Shown piece after piece: positions 26,381 to 35,020 of a stretch of DNA of 47,182 nucleotides. A program made the position numbers and the translations under genes. The stretch lies in assembly GCA_964609665.1 (NCBI GenBank), contig CAZSTV010000001.1, positions 34,733 through 81,914 of the forward strand. The letters run 5' to 3'. Positions within the stretch are counted from its first letter, which is position 1. Each line of letters starts with the position of its first letter. Source of the stretch: an uncultured Acidimicrobiaceae bacterium. GTDB lineage: Bacteria; Actinomycetota; Acidimicrobiia; Acidimicrobiales; SZUA-35. Below the pieces are notes generated by a model. The model did not search any database, had not been told where the DNA came from, and saw only the letters and a list, made by a program, of their open reading frames with translations.

Positions 26381-27406
26381 ATGCTCCAAGGTCGCGGTCT
26401 GTATCTCTTGGGTGTTGCGGCGCTGCTCGTGACATCAGCCTGGGCGTTTAGCGAGCCCGCTCAGCAGCTCACGGTTGGCCCCACCAACGTTCGGGTCGAT
26501 CCGACCGGGGTGTACAACCCGGTGCTGGCAGGTGAACCGCTACCGGACGGCTTCCGCCAGATCCTCCCCCGCGATGCCATCGCCCCCGTGTACGAGCCCG
26601 AGTTCGTCGATGGTCGAGACATCGTCTGGCCTGACGACGCTCAGGTGATCGGCGTGAGTTCCGGCGGTGAAGCCAAGGCCTACCCGGTGAGCTTTCTCAA
26701 CGGTCGGGAGATGGTGGTCGACGAGATTGACGGCATACCGATACTTGTCACCTGGTGACCGCTGTGCGCAACGGCGATGGTTCATCGCCGAGACGTAGCG
26801 GGAGAGACACTGGTGTTCGGCGTTCACGGCGCGCTGCTTGGCAACGCCATGACCTGGTGGGATCACGACACCGGCAGCATCTGGAGTCAGCCAACCGGCA
26901 CCGCGGTGGCCGGACCTCGCAAGGGGCAGACGTTGGAGCTGCTCCCCGTCAGCTTCAGTACCTGGGACGCGTGGCGTGACGCTCACCCTGACACCCTTGC
27001 GCTTGCCGCTCCGGCCGACCGGACCGGCTTCGACCTCGCCGACTTCTACATCGTCGTTGACTTCACCGACGATGTCGCCGCGTACCCTGTACCGGAGCTA
27101 CAGAGCGTCGGTGCGATAAACGACGTCGTGGCCGGGGTGGACATTGCGGTGGTAGTAGATCCGGCCGATCAGGAACGGTGGAAGGTCTTCTCCCGGCGTC
27201 TCGATGAGCAGGTCGTTGAGCTGACGGTCGAGAACGGAGTGCTGAAAGACAGGGGGACCGGAACCACGTGGGACCCCGTGACCGGAGTGGCCCTCGAAGG
27301 GGAACTCGCCGGGCAGATCCTTGACACCCTGCCCTCCCTCACCTCGTTCCCCGGCGACTACGACACGTTCTGGCCGGACGGCCGCGTCTGGAGCCCGGAC
27401 CAGTGA
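26381..27406 (+). CDS. DUF3179-family exported protein read through an in-frame TGA (26756-26758): candidate selenocysteine codon, or a nonsense-disrupted pseudogene
   Basis: ORFs 26381..26758 and 26777..27406 are in the same frame, separated only by TGA plus six sense codons. The joined sequence ..IDGIPILVTW-TGA-PLCATAMVHRRDVAGETLVFGVHGALLGNAMTWWDHDTGSIWSQ.. reproduces the DUF3179 core, with the TGA at the first Cys of CPLC. The signal peptide (LLVTSAWA-F) is present only on the upstream part. Confidence 0.6.
26772..26790 (+). promoter_or_regulatory. SECIS-like stem-loop 13 nt downstream of the in-frame TGA
   Basis: CGGCGATG-GTT-CATCGCCG forms a perfect 8-bp stem, or a 7-bp stem with loop GGUUC. 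The loop G residues sit 23-24 nt from the U of UGA. A lower stem is possible (C26769-G26792, G26768-C26794, C26767-G26795). Confidence 0.35.
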
Positions 27407-28014
27407 ACGACGATGTGCAACAGTCACAGGTGACCGAGGCGGCTTACGATGCCGCCGGCGGCTCTGGGTTGAGCGGCGGCGCTTGGATGCTCCGGTTGAC
27501 GACGGCCCGCTGGGAGAGCATTCCGCCAGCGCCTCCACTGAAAGCGGCGGCAACGGTCATCGGCTCGTGGCTGGTGTTGGCGTGGGGCCGTTTCGGGTTT
27601 CAGGGCATTGCCAGCCCGCGGGCGTTGACCCGCTTTGTCCTGGTCGGGGTCTACGGCTGGCTCGCCGTAGCGGCAGTAGCCTGGCTTGGTTCCGTGTTGC
27701 TTGCCAGGGTCCGAGATGAACGGCGACCCGCTGACCCGGTCCGGGTGCTACAGGTCACCGGATTGAGCCACCAGCCGCTGTTGGTGTTCGGCGTCCTGTT
27801 GCAGGTTGGGCAGCTGGCACCGATCCCCGGCCTAATGACCGTTGTTGCGGTGCTGACGATCGCTCTGTGGGCACCGGCGATTCTGGCCGCGGCGCTTGCA
27901 GCGACACTTGGGCCGCCCCGCCGTTCTGCTCTGGCGACCACCGCGGTTGCAGCCGGGCTGTGGTTCATCGTCAGCGGCCGTTACCTCTTGGCCCAGCTCG
28001 GCCACCTGTTCTGA
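27403..28014 (+). CDS. Polytopic membrane protein of unknown function (Yip1-like topology), Cys-free
   Basis: GTGA overlap with the DUF3179 gene stop. About 5 TM helices follow a 40-aa soluble N-terminus. No motif that I recognise. Confidence 0.55.
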   Translation: MNDDVQQSQVTEAAYDAAGGSGLSGGAWMLRLTTARWESIPPAPPLKAAATVIGSWLVLAWGRFGFQGIASPRALTRFVLVGVYGWLAVAAVAWLGSVLLARVRDERRPADPVRVLQVTGLSHQPLLVFGVLLQVGQLAPIPGLMTVVAVLTIALWAPAILAAALAATLGPPRRSALATTAVAAGLWFIVSGRYLLAQLGHLF

Positions 28015-28063
28015 GATTCGCCTTTGCGACTAGCTGCCGAGACTTGGCGTTGAGATACCGGCC

Positions 28064-30109
28064 CTAGTCCGACAGGTGATGCAGCAAGAACGCGTAGATA
28101 TCCGCTGACTCTTCGATCACCTTGGCGGTGGGCTTGCCAAGCCCGTGCCCGGCTCGGGTTTCGACCCGCAACAGCAGCGGATTCTCCGATGACCCACCGG
28201 CACCGTGTTGCACCGCGGCCGCGAACTTGTGGGAGTGCATTGGGACCACCCGGTCGTCGGATTCCGCGGTTGCTATGAGCAGCGGCGGATACGTGCTGGC
28301 ATCGCCGACGTTGTGGAGCGGCGAGTAGGCGATCAACCACTCGAATGCTTCGGGATCGGCTGCGTCGCCGTACTCCACGGTCCAGAAGCGGCCGGCCGTG
28401 AAGTGCTGAAACCGCAGCATGTCGGTCACCGGCACCTGCGAAATGACGGCCCCGAAAAGGTCCGGGCGTTGCACCATCGTCGCCGCGGTCAACAGGCCGC
28501 CGTTCGACCCGCCTCTGATCCCGAGCTTCGATGGCGTGGTGATGCCGTCGGCCACCAGCTGCTCACCGCAGGCGATGAAATCATCAAAGACCTGCTGCTT
28601 ATTGGCGAGCATTCCCTGCTCATGCCATTGCTCGCCACGCTCTACTCCGCCCCGCAGATTGGCGATGACAACGATGCCGCCGGCCTCGATGAAGGCAAGC
28701 CTGGCGGGGCTGTAGACGGGGGTCATGTTGATTGAGAAGCCGCCGTACCCGTACAGCTCGACCGGGCCTGGAAGTGGTCCGTCCGTGCTGCGGATGACGA
28801 ACATGCCAACCTCAGCGCCGTCGGTTGATACCGCGGTCCGCCGTTCGACGACCATGTTGGCGGTGTCGATTGGGAGCGGCGACGCGGCGTGCATCGACGT
28901 CTCCCCCTGTGACCACCGCAGGACCATCGGCGGCTCAAGGAAGGACTGGTAACCGATGTAGACATCGTCGTCTTCGAACCGGCCGGACAGCCCGACTACC
29001 GAACCGAGGCCCGGCAACTCGACCGTTCCCAGCGGCTCGCCTGTTGGGGTGTATCGCTCGACCACGTGCGATGCGTCTACGAGGCGTAGCACCAGCAACT
29101 CGCCTGCCACCGCCATCGCGCCCTCGATCGCGGCGTCGCTCTCGGGCACGATCACCGACGTCGGGGCCGAGGAGTCAAATGGCATGTGGACGATTGCGCC
29201 GTTTGGCGCATCGCGATCGGTGTGCACCAGGAGGCCGTCATCGGTATGGAGCAACACCGAATGGAGCGCAACGCCCAGGTCGACCAACCGGGTCCAGCGT
29301 GGTTGGGTGCCATCGTTCGTTTCGTCGTTGAGATCGGCCAGGTCGAGGTAGAGCAGCCCCGTTTTGTGGGAGGTGCCGAGGTACTCCGACAGCACGATGT
29401 ATCGGTCGTCGTGGGTGACCTGGGCGCTGTAGCTCGGCTCGGGATCGTCGTCGTTGTGAAAGACGAGCCGATCGGCATCTTGTGGGTCGCCGATGCGGTG
29501 GTAGTGAATTGACGGGTCTCGGACCGGGTCGGTGGAGTCGGGGTCGGTGACCGGCCACCGTGTGTAGAAGAAGCCGTTGTCGTACCAGGCCACCGACGTA
29601 AACCGCAGGTGGTCCAGGTGGTCATCAAGGTCCTGTCCGGTGCGCGTGTCGCGCAACCGAAGCTGTTGGCGGTCACTGCCCGCTTCGGAGACGGTGTAGG
29701 CGAACAACTCCCCGTTCGGAGCAAGCGACGACATGACCACCGCCACCGCGCCGTCTTCGGCCAAGGTGTTCGGGTCCAACAGGACTCGCTCATCCTGCCC
29801 CGGGTGTTGCACATAGAAGACCGGCTGATCCTGCAGACCATCATTGTGGGACCAGACCGACACTCCCTCTCGAATGGCAGGAGGACTGGTCCGGGGTACG
29901 TCCCACAGCTCGGTCATTCGATCTTCTAACGCCTGTCGGTTCGCCAACCCTGCCAGGTGTGGCATCGTGATGGCGTTCTGGGCGGCAACGAACGCCTTGG
30001 TCTCCTCGGCATCGGGGTCCTCAAGCCAGCGATACGGGTCGGCGACTGTTTGCCCGTGGTAGTCGTCTGTCACGTCGGAGCGTCTGGCGGCGGGATACGA
30101 GAAGGACAT
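28064..30109 (-). CDS. Prolyl oligopeptidase (S9A family)
   Basis: N-terminus DDYHGQTVADPYRWLEDPDAEETKAFVAAQN, a beta-propeller middle region, the catalytic serine motif GGSNGGLL, and C-terminal DDRVVPMHSHKF with catalytic Asp/His. Confidence 0.9.
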   Translation of the reverse strand: MSFSYPAARRSDVTDDYHGQTVADPYRWLEDPDAEETKAFVAAQNAITMPHLAGLANRQALEDRMTELWDVPRTSPPAIREGVSVWSHNDGLQDQPVFYVQHPGQDERVLLDPNTLAEDGAVAVVMSSLAPNGELFAYTVSEAGSDRQQLRLRDTRTGQDLDDHLDHLRFTSVAWYDNGFFYTRWPVTDPDSTDPVRDPSIHYHRIGDPQDADRLVFHNDDDPEPSYSAQVTHDDRYIVLSEYLGTSHKTGLLYLDLADLNDETNDGTQPRWTRLVDLGVALHSVLLHTDDGLLVHTDRDAPNGAIVHMPFDSSAPTSVIVPESDAAIEGAMAVAGELLVLRLVDASHVVERYTPTGEPLGTVELPGLGSVVGLSGRFEDDDVYIGYQSFLEPPMVLRWSQGETSMHAASPLPIDTANMVVERRTAVSTDGAEVGMFVIRSTDGPLPGPVELYGYGGFSINMTPVYSPARLAFIEAGGIVVIANLRGGVERGEQWHEQGMLANKQQVFDDFIACGEQLVADGITTPSKLGIRGGSNGGLLTAATMVQRPDLFGAVISQVPVTDMLRFQHFTAGRFWTVEYGDAADPEAFEWLIAYSPLHNVGDASTYPPLLIATAESDDRVVPMHSHKFAAAVQHGAGGSSENPLLLRVETRAGHGLGKPTAKVIEESADIYAFLLHHLSD

Positions 30110-30138
30110 TCTGTGGATCGTACCCGGCGCTCATTGGT

Positions 30139-30169
30139 GGGAAGTTTGCGACGTGGGAGTTTGCGACGC
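30139..30169. repeat. Tandem direct repeat, 16 + 15 bp
   Basis: GGGAAGTTTGCGACGT (30139-30154) followed by GGGAGTTTGCGACGC (30155-30169), in the divergent promoter region between the peptidase and crotonase genes. Confidence 0.85.
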
Positions 30170-30214
30170 CGCTGTCCGCCATCACAGACTGATGGCAAGG
30201 ACGACAGGAGCGCT

Positions 30215-31063
30215 ATGGACTACGAACAGATCGAGGTTGAGGATCGAGGGCCTATTCGAGTGGTCACACTCTCCCGGCCCGACCGACTGAACGCGTGGAC
30301 TCGGAGGATGAACGCCGAGTTGCTCGACACGATCGACGAGGGAAACGCTTCTGATCAGATCGGCGCATTTGTCTTCACCGGCGCAGGCCGAGGGTTCTGC
30401 GCAGGAGCGGACATGACCGACGAGTTCGGGGGTGGTGCCCCAGGTTCGGACTCATCCGGCTCGAACTCCTCAGGTTCAGAGTCATCTGGCTCGGGAGCAT
30501 CGAATTCCAGTTCGGACGACAAGCCTCGGAGGGATACCGAATCTCGCAACTGGGTGGACGTTGTCAGGCAGTCCAAGCCGATGGTGGCTGCGGTCAACGG
30601 GCCGTCGGTCGGCGTCGGACTCACCATGATTTTGCCGATGGACTACCTCGTTGCCGCCGAGTCAGCCAAGCTCTCGGCCCGCTTCGTGCGCATGGGCATA
30701 GTGCCCGAGCTGGCATCCAGCCATTTCCTTGTGCAGCGCTGCGGCTGGGGCGCGGCCAGCGACCTTGCGCTCTCGGGTCGGATGATGTCCGGCGATGAGG
30801 CGCTTTCCATCGGATTGGTCGACCGGGTCGTCGCCGATGACGCGCTGCTCGAGACCGCCATCGCCCATGCTGAGAGCTACGCCCAGAACCCTCCCGAGGC
30901 GCTGCTGATGATCAAGGAACTGCTGACGGTAAACGGTGCCGACGCTGACTTGGCCGCCGTTCAGCAACGAGAACTCGCCCACCTTCGCACCGCGTTGCGC
31001 TCGGCAGAGCACAAAGAAGCGGTCTCGGCGTTTATGGAGAAGCGAGAACCGAACTTCCGCTAG
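30215..31063 (+). CDS. Enoyl-CoA hydratase/isomerase (crotonase) family protein with a Ser/Gly-rich loop insertion
   Basis: IRVVTLSRPDRLNAW, FTGAGRGFCAGADM and AAVNGPSVGVGLTM are crotonase oxyanion-hole motifs. ATG 30215 is preceded by AGGACGACAGGAG. The low-complexity insert GSDSSGSNSSGSESSGSGASNSSSDD maps to about 30428-30520. Confidence 0.85.
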   Translation: MDYEQIEVEDRGPIRVVTLSRPDRLNAWTRRMNAELLDTIDEGNASDQIGAFVFTGAGRGFCAGADMTDEFGGGAPGSDSSGSNSSGSESSGSGASNSSSDDKPRRDTESRNWVDVVRQSKPMVAAVNGPSVGVGLTMILPMDYLVAAESAKLSARFVRMGIVPELASSHFLVQRCGWGAASDLALSGRMMSGDEALSIGLVDRVVADDALLETAIAHAESYAQNPPEALLMIKELLTVNGADADLAAVQQRELAHLRTALRSAEHKEAVSAFMEKREPNFR

Positions 31064-31803
31064 CTGGCGGTACAGACCCGCCAGTCGTCTCCCTCTTTGA
31101 CCAGGTTGTAGGTGACCGACCGAGCGATGCCGTCCACCTCGATGGTGCCGCTCACCGTTGCCGTGGACTGTTGGCCACTCGATGAGGAGACCGAGGCCTC
31201 GGTGAAGCTGAAGTCGGTGATCTCCCCACCGATCCCCGCTTCGGCTTCTGCCGCCCACTGGTCGGGGTCGGCGGCACCCTTGGTGCTGGTGCACAACTGG
31301 TTGTAGGCCGCGGCGTAGTCCCCGTTGTCGAGGTCAGCGACGAAGGCGTTGGTGGCATCAATCGGCGCGCCGACGGAGCTGATGACCAACGCAGTACACC
31401 CGCCGATTCCCAACAGAAGCAGCAGCGGGATGGCAAGGAGAATCCAGAGCCACTTCTTACTCTTCTTCTGCGGCACGGCTTGTCCCGGTGGGTACGCCTG
31501 GTGCCCGCCAGGTTGGGCGTACTGCTGTTGCTGCTGGCCGTAGGGATCTTGAGGCACCGGTTGTTGCTGACCCGGCTGGCCGTATTGGAGGCCGGGTTGC
31601 GGCGCACCCTGACCGGGAGGGGGAAACCCCTGCGCGGGCGGAACGTTGGGTGGCGCACCAGCCTGCGACGGAGGAAACAACGGCGTCTGCTCCTGCCCCG
31701 GAGTGGGAAACGTGCCCGGCTGTTGCGGCGGCTGGCTCGGCGGAAGCTGCCCGCTCGGCGGCCCTGATGGCGGCTCGAAATCGAACTGATCGTCTGATGA
31801 CAT
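31060..31803 (-). CDS. Membrane-anchored protein: Pro/Gln-rich N-terminus, one TM segment, small NTF2-like (DUF4878-like) ectodomain
   Basis: PPSQPPQQPGTFP..PYGQQQQQYAQPGG, TM segment WLWILLAIPLLLLLGIGG, and a C-terminal domain ending in TYNLVKEGDDWRVC. ATG 31803 is preferred to 31848. Confidence 0.6.
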   Translation of the reverse strand: MSSDDQFDFEPPSGPPSGQLPPSQPPQQPGTFPTPGQEQTPLFPPSQAGAPPNVPPAQGFPPPGQGAPQPGLQYGQPGQQQPVPQDPYGQQQQQYAQPGGHQAYPPGQAVPQKKSKKWLWILLAIPLLLLLGIGGCTALVISSVGAPIDATNAFVADLDNGDYAAAYNQLCTSTKGAADPDQWAAEAEAGIGGEITDFSFTEASVSSSSGQQSTATVSGTIEVDGIARSVTYNLVKEGDDWRVCTAS

Positions 31804-31872
31804 TGGTATCCGCTCCCAGTGGATGGGCCCCAGCTTCTGCATGGGCACCAGCCGAGACTAACGTCTCACGTC

Positions 31873-33021
31873 ATGACGGCAAGTATTTCGTCGACCGAGG
31901 CCGACACGGCGTTGGTGATTGGGGGCACCGGTCCGACTGGGCCATTCGTTGTCAACGGTCTCCTGGAGCGCGGCTACGACGTCACCATATTGCACACCGG
32001 TCGACACGAGCTGGACGAGATCCCGCCGCAGGTCCGACACATTCACACCGACCCGTTCGATGCCGAGGTCACTGCCGCGGCGCTCGATGCTGACACCTTC
32101 GACCTCTGCGTTGCCATGTACGGTCGGCTGCGGACGTTGGCCCCGATGCTCGTTGGTCGGGTCGGGCGCTTGATCACGATTGGTGGGGTCGGGGCGGTCA
32201 AAGGTTGGGTTGAGCCGGGCGACCTATTCCCCTCGGGGATGACGGTGCCGGCTCCTGTGGACGCGCCGCTCGCCGGTTCGGATGAACCGGTCGGCAAGAT
32301 TCGACGAATCGTTGCAACCGAAGCGCTTGTCTTCGACCATCACCCAGATGCGGTTCATCTTCGATACCCGATGCTCTACGGGCCCCGCCAGATCATCGCT
32401 CGGGAGTGGCCAATTGTCCGGCGAGCATTGGACAAGCGTCCGTTCTTCATCGTCGCTGACGGTGGGCTGACCTTGAAGTCGGCGGCGTACGTCGAAAACG
32501 CGGCGCACGCGGTCCTTTGTGCGGTAGATCGACCCGATGCGGGACGAGGTCAGATCTTCAACGTCACCGACGACCGGGCGCTCAGCATCAAACAGATGGT
32601 TGAGATCATCGCCGACGAACTCGACCACCGGTTTGAGATCATTTCGATGCCCTCCGCGGTAGCGGCGCCCGCGAGACCGGTGGTCATGCATCACGCGACC
32701 GAACACCGCGTGGTCAACAATCGCCCCAGTGCCGAAGTGCTCGGCTACCGAGACGCTGTCACCCCGGAAGACGGGCTGCGACGCACCGCTCGATGGTTGG
32801 CCGAACATCCACCATCGGGACGGGCCGAAGCGCTGCTCCAGGATCCGTTTGACTACGACGCAGAGGATGCGCTGGCCCAGCGCTGGGCTGAGACCGTCGC
32901 AGCATTCGCAATGCCGACGTTCACGACCGAACCAGGCTACGGCGGCGCCTACTACGGCCGCTCCCCCAACCCCGCCACCGGCACCAGCCGAGTCGAGCCG
33001 GTCAGCGGCGCCGGCGACTAG
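31873..33021 (+). CDS. NAD-dependent epimerase/dehydratase-family (atypical SDR) protein
   Basis: ALVIGGTGPTGPFVVNGLLERGYDVTILHTG Rossmann motif follows ATG 31873. The long C-terminal substrate domain has an extended-SDR-like layout. Confidence 0.7.
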   Translation: MTASISSTEADTALVIGGTGPTGPFVVNGLLERGYDVTILHTGRHELDEIPPQVRHIHTDPFDAEVTAAALDADTFDLCVAMYGRLRTLAPMLVGRVGRLITIGGVGAVKGWVEPGDLFPSGMTVPAPVDAPLAGSDEPVGKIRRIVATEALVFDHHPDAVHLRYPMLYGPRQIIAREWPIVRRALDKRPFFIVADGGLTLKSAAYVENAAHAVLCAVDRPDAGRGQIFNVTDDRALSIKQMVEIIADELDHRFEIISMPSAVAAPARPVVMHHATEHRVVNNRPSAEVLGYRDAVTPEDGLRRTARWLAEHPPSGRAEALLQDPFDYDAEDALAQRWAETVAAFAMPTFTTEPGYGGAYYGRSPNPATGTSRVEPVSGAGD

Positions 33022-33066
33022 CTCCGAACCTGTGGAGCGGTTGCGGCTCGGTGGCACACTACGGCA

Positions 33067-33798
33067 ATGGCGACCACCTCCGATCCGGGCCCACAGCACT
33101 TCGAGGAGTTTGCCGATCCCATCGACGGCACACGGTGGCGCGTCGACATGTCATTCATGTCTTCCAACTGGCACTGCATCTGGGGTGACGGTTGCGAGGG
33201 CATTCTCGAACACCGAGCGGCAGCGCTCAACCAGGGGTGCTGCTCGGTCGGCGCCCACCTGATCGACGACGATGAGGCCAGGGCCATCGGCGCACTGGGC
33301 CTCATGCTCGATCCACAGCGCTTCCAGCAGCACGAAGCAGCGGCGGCCGGTGGTGTGCTCGCCGATGGGCCGCAACCGGCGACACGTGTGGTCGACGACG
33401 CCTGCATCTTCTTCAACAAACCGGGATTTCCCGGCGGCGTCGGGTGCGCGCTGCACCTAGCGGCCGAGGACGAGGGCGAATCCCCGATGGACTGGAAGCC
33501 GTCCATCTGCTGGCAGGCACCGCTCAAGGTTGATACCAACCCCGACGGCACCAAAACACTCCGACCGTGGCAGAAGACCGACTGGGGGCCCGGCGAACAG
33601 CTGGCCTGGTGTTGCACGGAGCCGAACACCTCACCCGCTGATGGTCCAAGCGCCTACAGCGGCACGGCGCCGGTGGCGGAGTCACTCTCGGCGGAGCTGA
33701 CCGGACTGGTCGGTCCAGAGGTGGCGGTCGAGATCACCCGTCGGGCCGATGCCGCTGCATCAACCCGACAGTGGCGTACCAGCGGGTCTGGGCCATGA
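33067..33798 (+). CDS. Conserved-looking Cys-rich hypothetical protein (possible metal or Fe-S binding)
   Basis: Cys clusters NWHCIWGDGCEG, QGCCSVGAH, DDACIFFN, GVGCALH, PSICWQ and AWCCTEP. Coding-like composition. The family is not identified with confidence. Confidence 0.5.
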   Translation: MATTSDPGPQHFEEFADPIDGTRWRVDMSFMSSNWHCIWGDGCEGILEHRAAALNQGCCSVGAHLIDDDEARAIGALGLMLDPQRFQQHEAAAAGGVLADGPQPATRVVDDACIFFNKPGFPGGVGCALHLAAEDEGESPMDWKPSICWQAPLKVDTNPDGTKTLRPWQKTDWGPGEQLAWCCTEPNTSPADGPSAYSGTAPVAESLSAELTGLVGPEVAVEITRRADAAASTRQWRTSGSGP

Positions 33799-34869
33799 CC
33801 CAACGCGAAACAGCACCTCAAGCGGACCGAACCGGAACCACTGCCGCCAGGTGAAGGCAAAGGCCATGAAGACCACATAGATTACCAGCGCGGTGAAAAG
33901 CTCTCGGGGCTGACCAATCTCTCGAGGGTCGGCGGTGACGCGAATGATCAGCGCCTGGGCGACATAGAAGGTCAGCGACAGTTGGCCAAGCGCCACAAGC
34001 GGCCCCACCAGTGCCTCGACCCGTGGTGCAAGCCACAGGCACGCGCCGAGCACCGCCGTCGAGGTTCCCGCCGCGCTGATCACCCAGGCCAACATCTCTG
34101 AGTGGCCCTCGGTGTCGAGGAGGCGACCCCAGGAGAAGGGAGCGCTGCGCCCGAAGGTGTCGGTTTCGACCCCAAACGTTGCTCGGGCGACCGAAGCGGC
34201 CACCAGCGCACCGAACCCGATGATGGATCCACCGATGGCAAGGCGGGCCGCATTTGTGGACGAGCGCAGGTTCGTTCGCCCGATCGCCATGCCGAGGGCG
34301 AAGAACGACGCGATGGGAAAGAACGGATACCGTCCGTTGAAGAGCAAGGACCAGACAACGGCATCGGGTTCGGTGAGCAGCTGCCCTGGTTCGGTCCACC
34401 GGCTGAGTTCGAAGGTGGCAACCTGATAGCTCCAGGTGCCAATCAGTGCGATCACCGCGGCGACTGCCAGGAGCAGTTCGTTCGGGAGCCTGCGGAGACC
34501 GATGGCCGCCAAAAAGAACACGGCGTAGTACTGCAGGATGATGGCCAGAAAGACGGTGGCTTCCTGCAGCGCAACCCCCATTGGGAAGAGGATGGCGGCC
34601 CGGATCAACAGTGCCCGGTCGGGGTGGGCCGAGCGGGCGGCCAGGAACGAAACGCCAAGGCCGCCGAGCATGACGAACAGCGGCATCGCCCGACCTTGGA
34701 GTTGGGCCGCCACCCGGTCGATCCACGTATCGGAGCCGTCCGGCCAGACATAGTGAACGAGGACCATCGCAAACATGGCGAGCGCCCGGGCCACGTCAAC
34801 GCCGGTGATGCGCCTGGCGACGATGGCCGGAGTTCGTTCGACATGCTGGTCCGATAACACACCTCGCAC
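33760..34869 (-). CDS. DUF1624/DUF418-like (YeiB-type, acyltransferase-like) polytopic membrane protein
   Basis: N-terminal RRITGVDVARALAMFAMVLVHY motif and about 10 TM helices. It overlaps the convergent Cys-rich gene by 39 bp. GTG start at 34869. Confidence 0.55.
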   Translation of the reverse strand: MRGVLSDQHVERTPAIVARRITGVDVARALAMFAMVLVHYVWPDGSDTWIDRVAAQLQGRAMPLFVMLGGLGVSFLAARSAHPDRALLIRAAILFPMGVALQEATVFLAIILQYYAVFFLAAIGLRRLPNELLLAVAAVIALIGTWSYQVATFELSRWTEPGQLLTEPDAVVWSLLFNGRYPFFPIASFFALGMAIGRTNLRSSTNAARLAIGGSIIGFGALVAASVARATFGVETDTFGRSAPFSWGRLLDTEGHSEMLAWVISAAGTSTAVLGACLWLAPRVEALVGPLVALGQLSLTFYVAQALIIRVTADPREIGQPRELFTALVIYVVFMAFAFTWRQWFRFGPLEVLFRVGSWPRPAGTPLSG

Positions 34870-34922
34870 GGTAGTGATGGCTCGTTAAAACCAGCGAAAA
34901 CCGCCCGGGCCCCAGACGCGAC

Positions 34923-34961
34923 CGTTCCCGGCTGACGGGGAGAGGCCGTGAGCCGGGAACG
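34923..34961 (-). terminator. Long hairpin downstream of the lipoprotein gene
   Basis: CGTTCCCGGCT (34923-34933) and AGCCGGGAACG (34951-34961) form a perfect 11-bp stem. An inner ACGG/CCGT pairing leaves a 7-nt loop. There is no adjacent T-tract; TTTT runs occur about 25 nt further along on the minus strand. Confidence 0.4.
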
Positions 34962-35020
34962 ATTGGGTGGTGACCGTTGGCGGACGGTGCTGTGCTGTGC
35001 TGAGTCGGACGTGGCTCCTG

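Noticed and set aside
26756-26758. Global reassignment of TGA (genetic code 4 or 25)
   Set aside because: TGA is used as the terminal stop of many well-supported genes in this window (for example at 1229, 2023, 6181, 24453, 26296, 41141 and 46227), so it is a normal stop codon here.
26777-27406. Treating the second DUF3179 ORF as an independent gene starting at ATG 26777
   Set aside because: It is in frame with the upstream ORF and lacks its own signal peptide. It would also begin in the middle of the conserved domain, six codons after the CPLC position. A single interrupted gene is the simpler reading.
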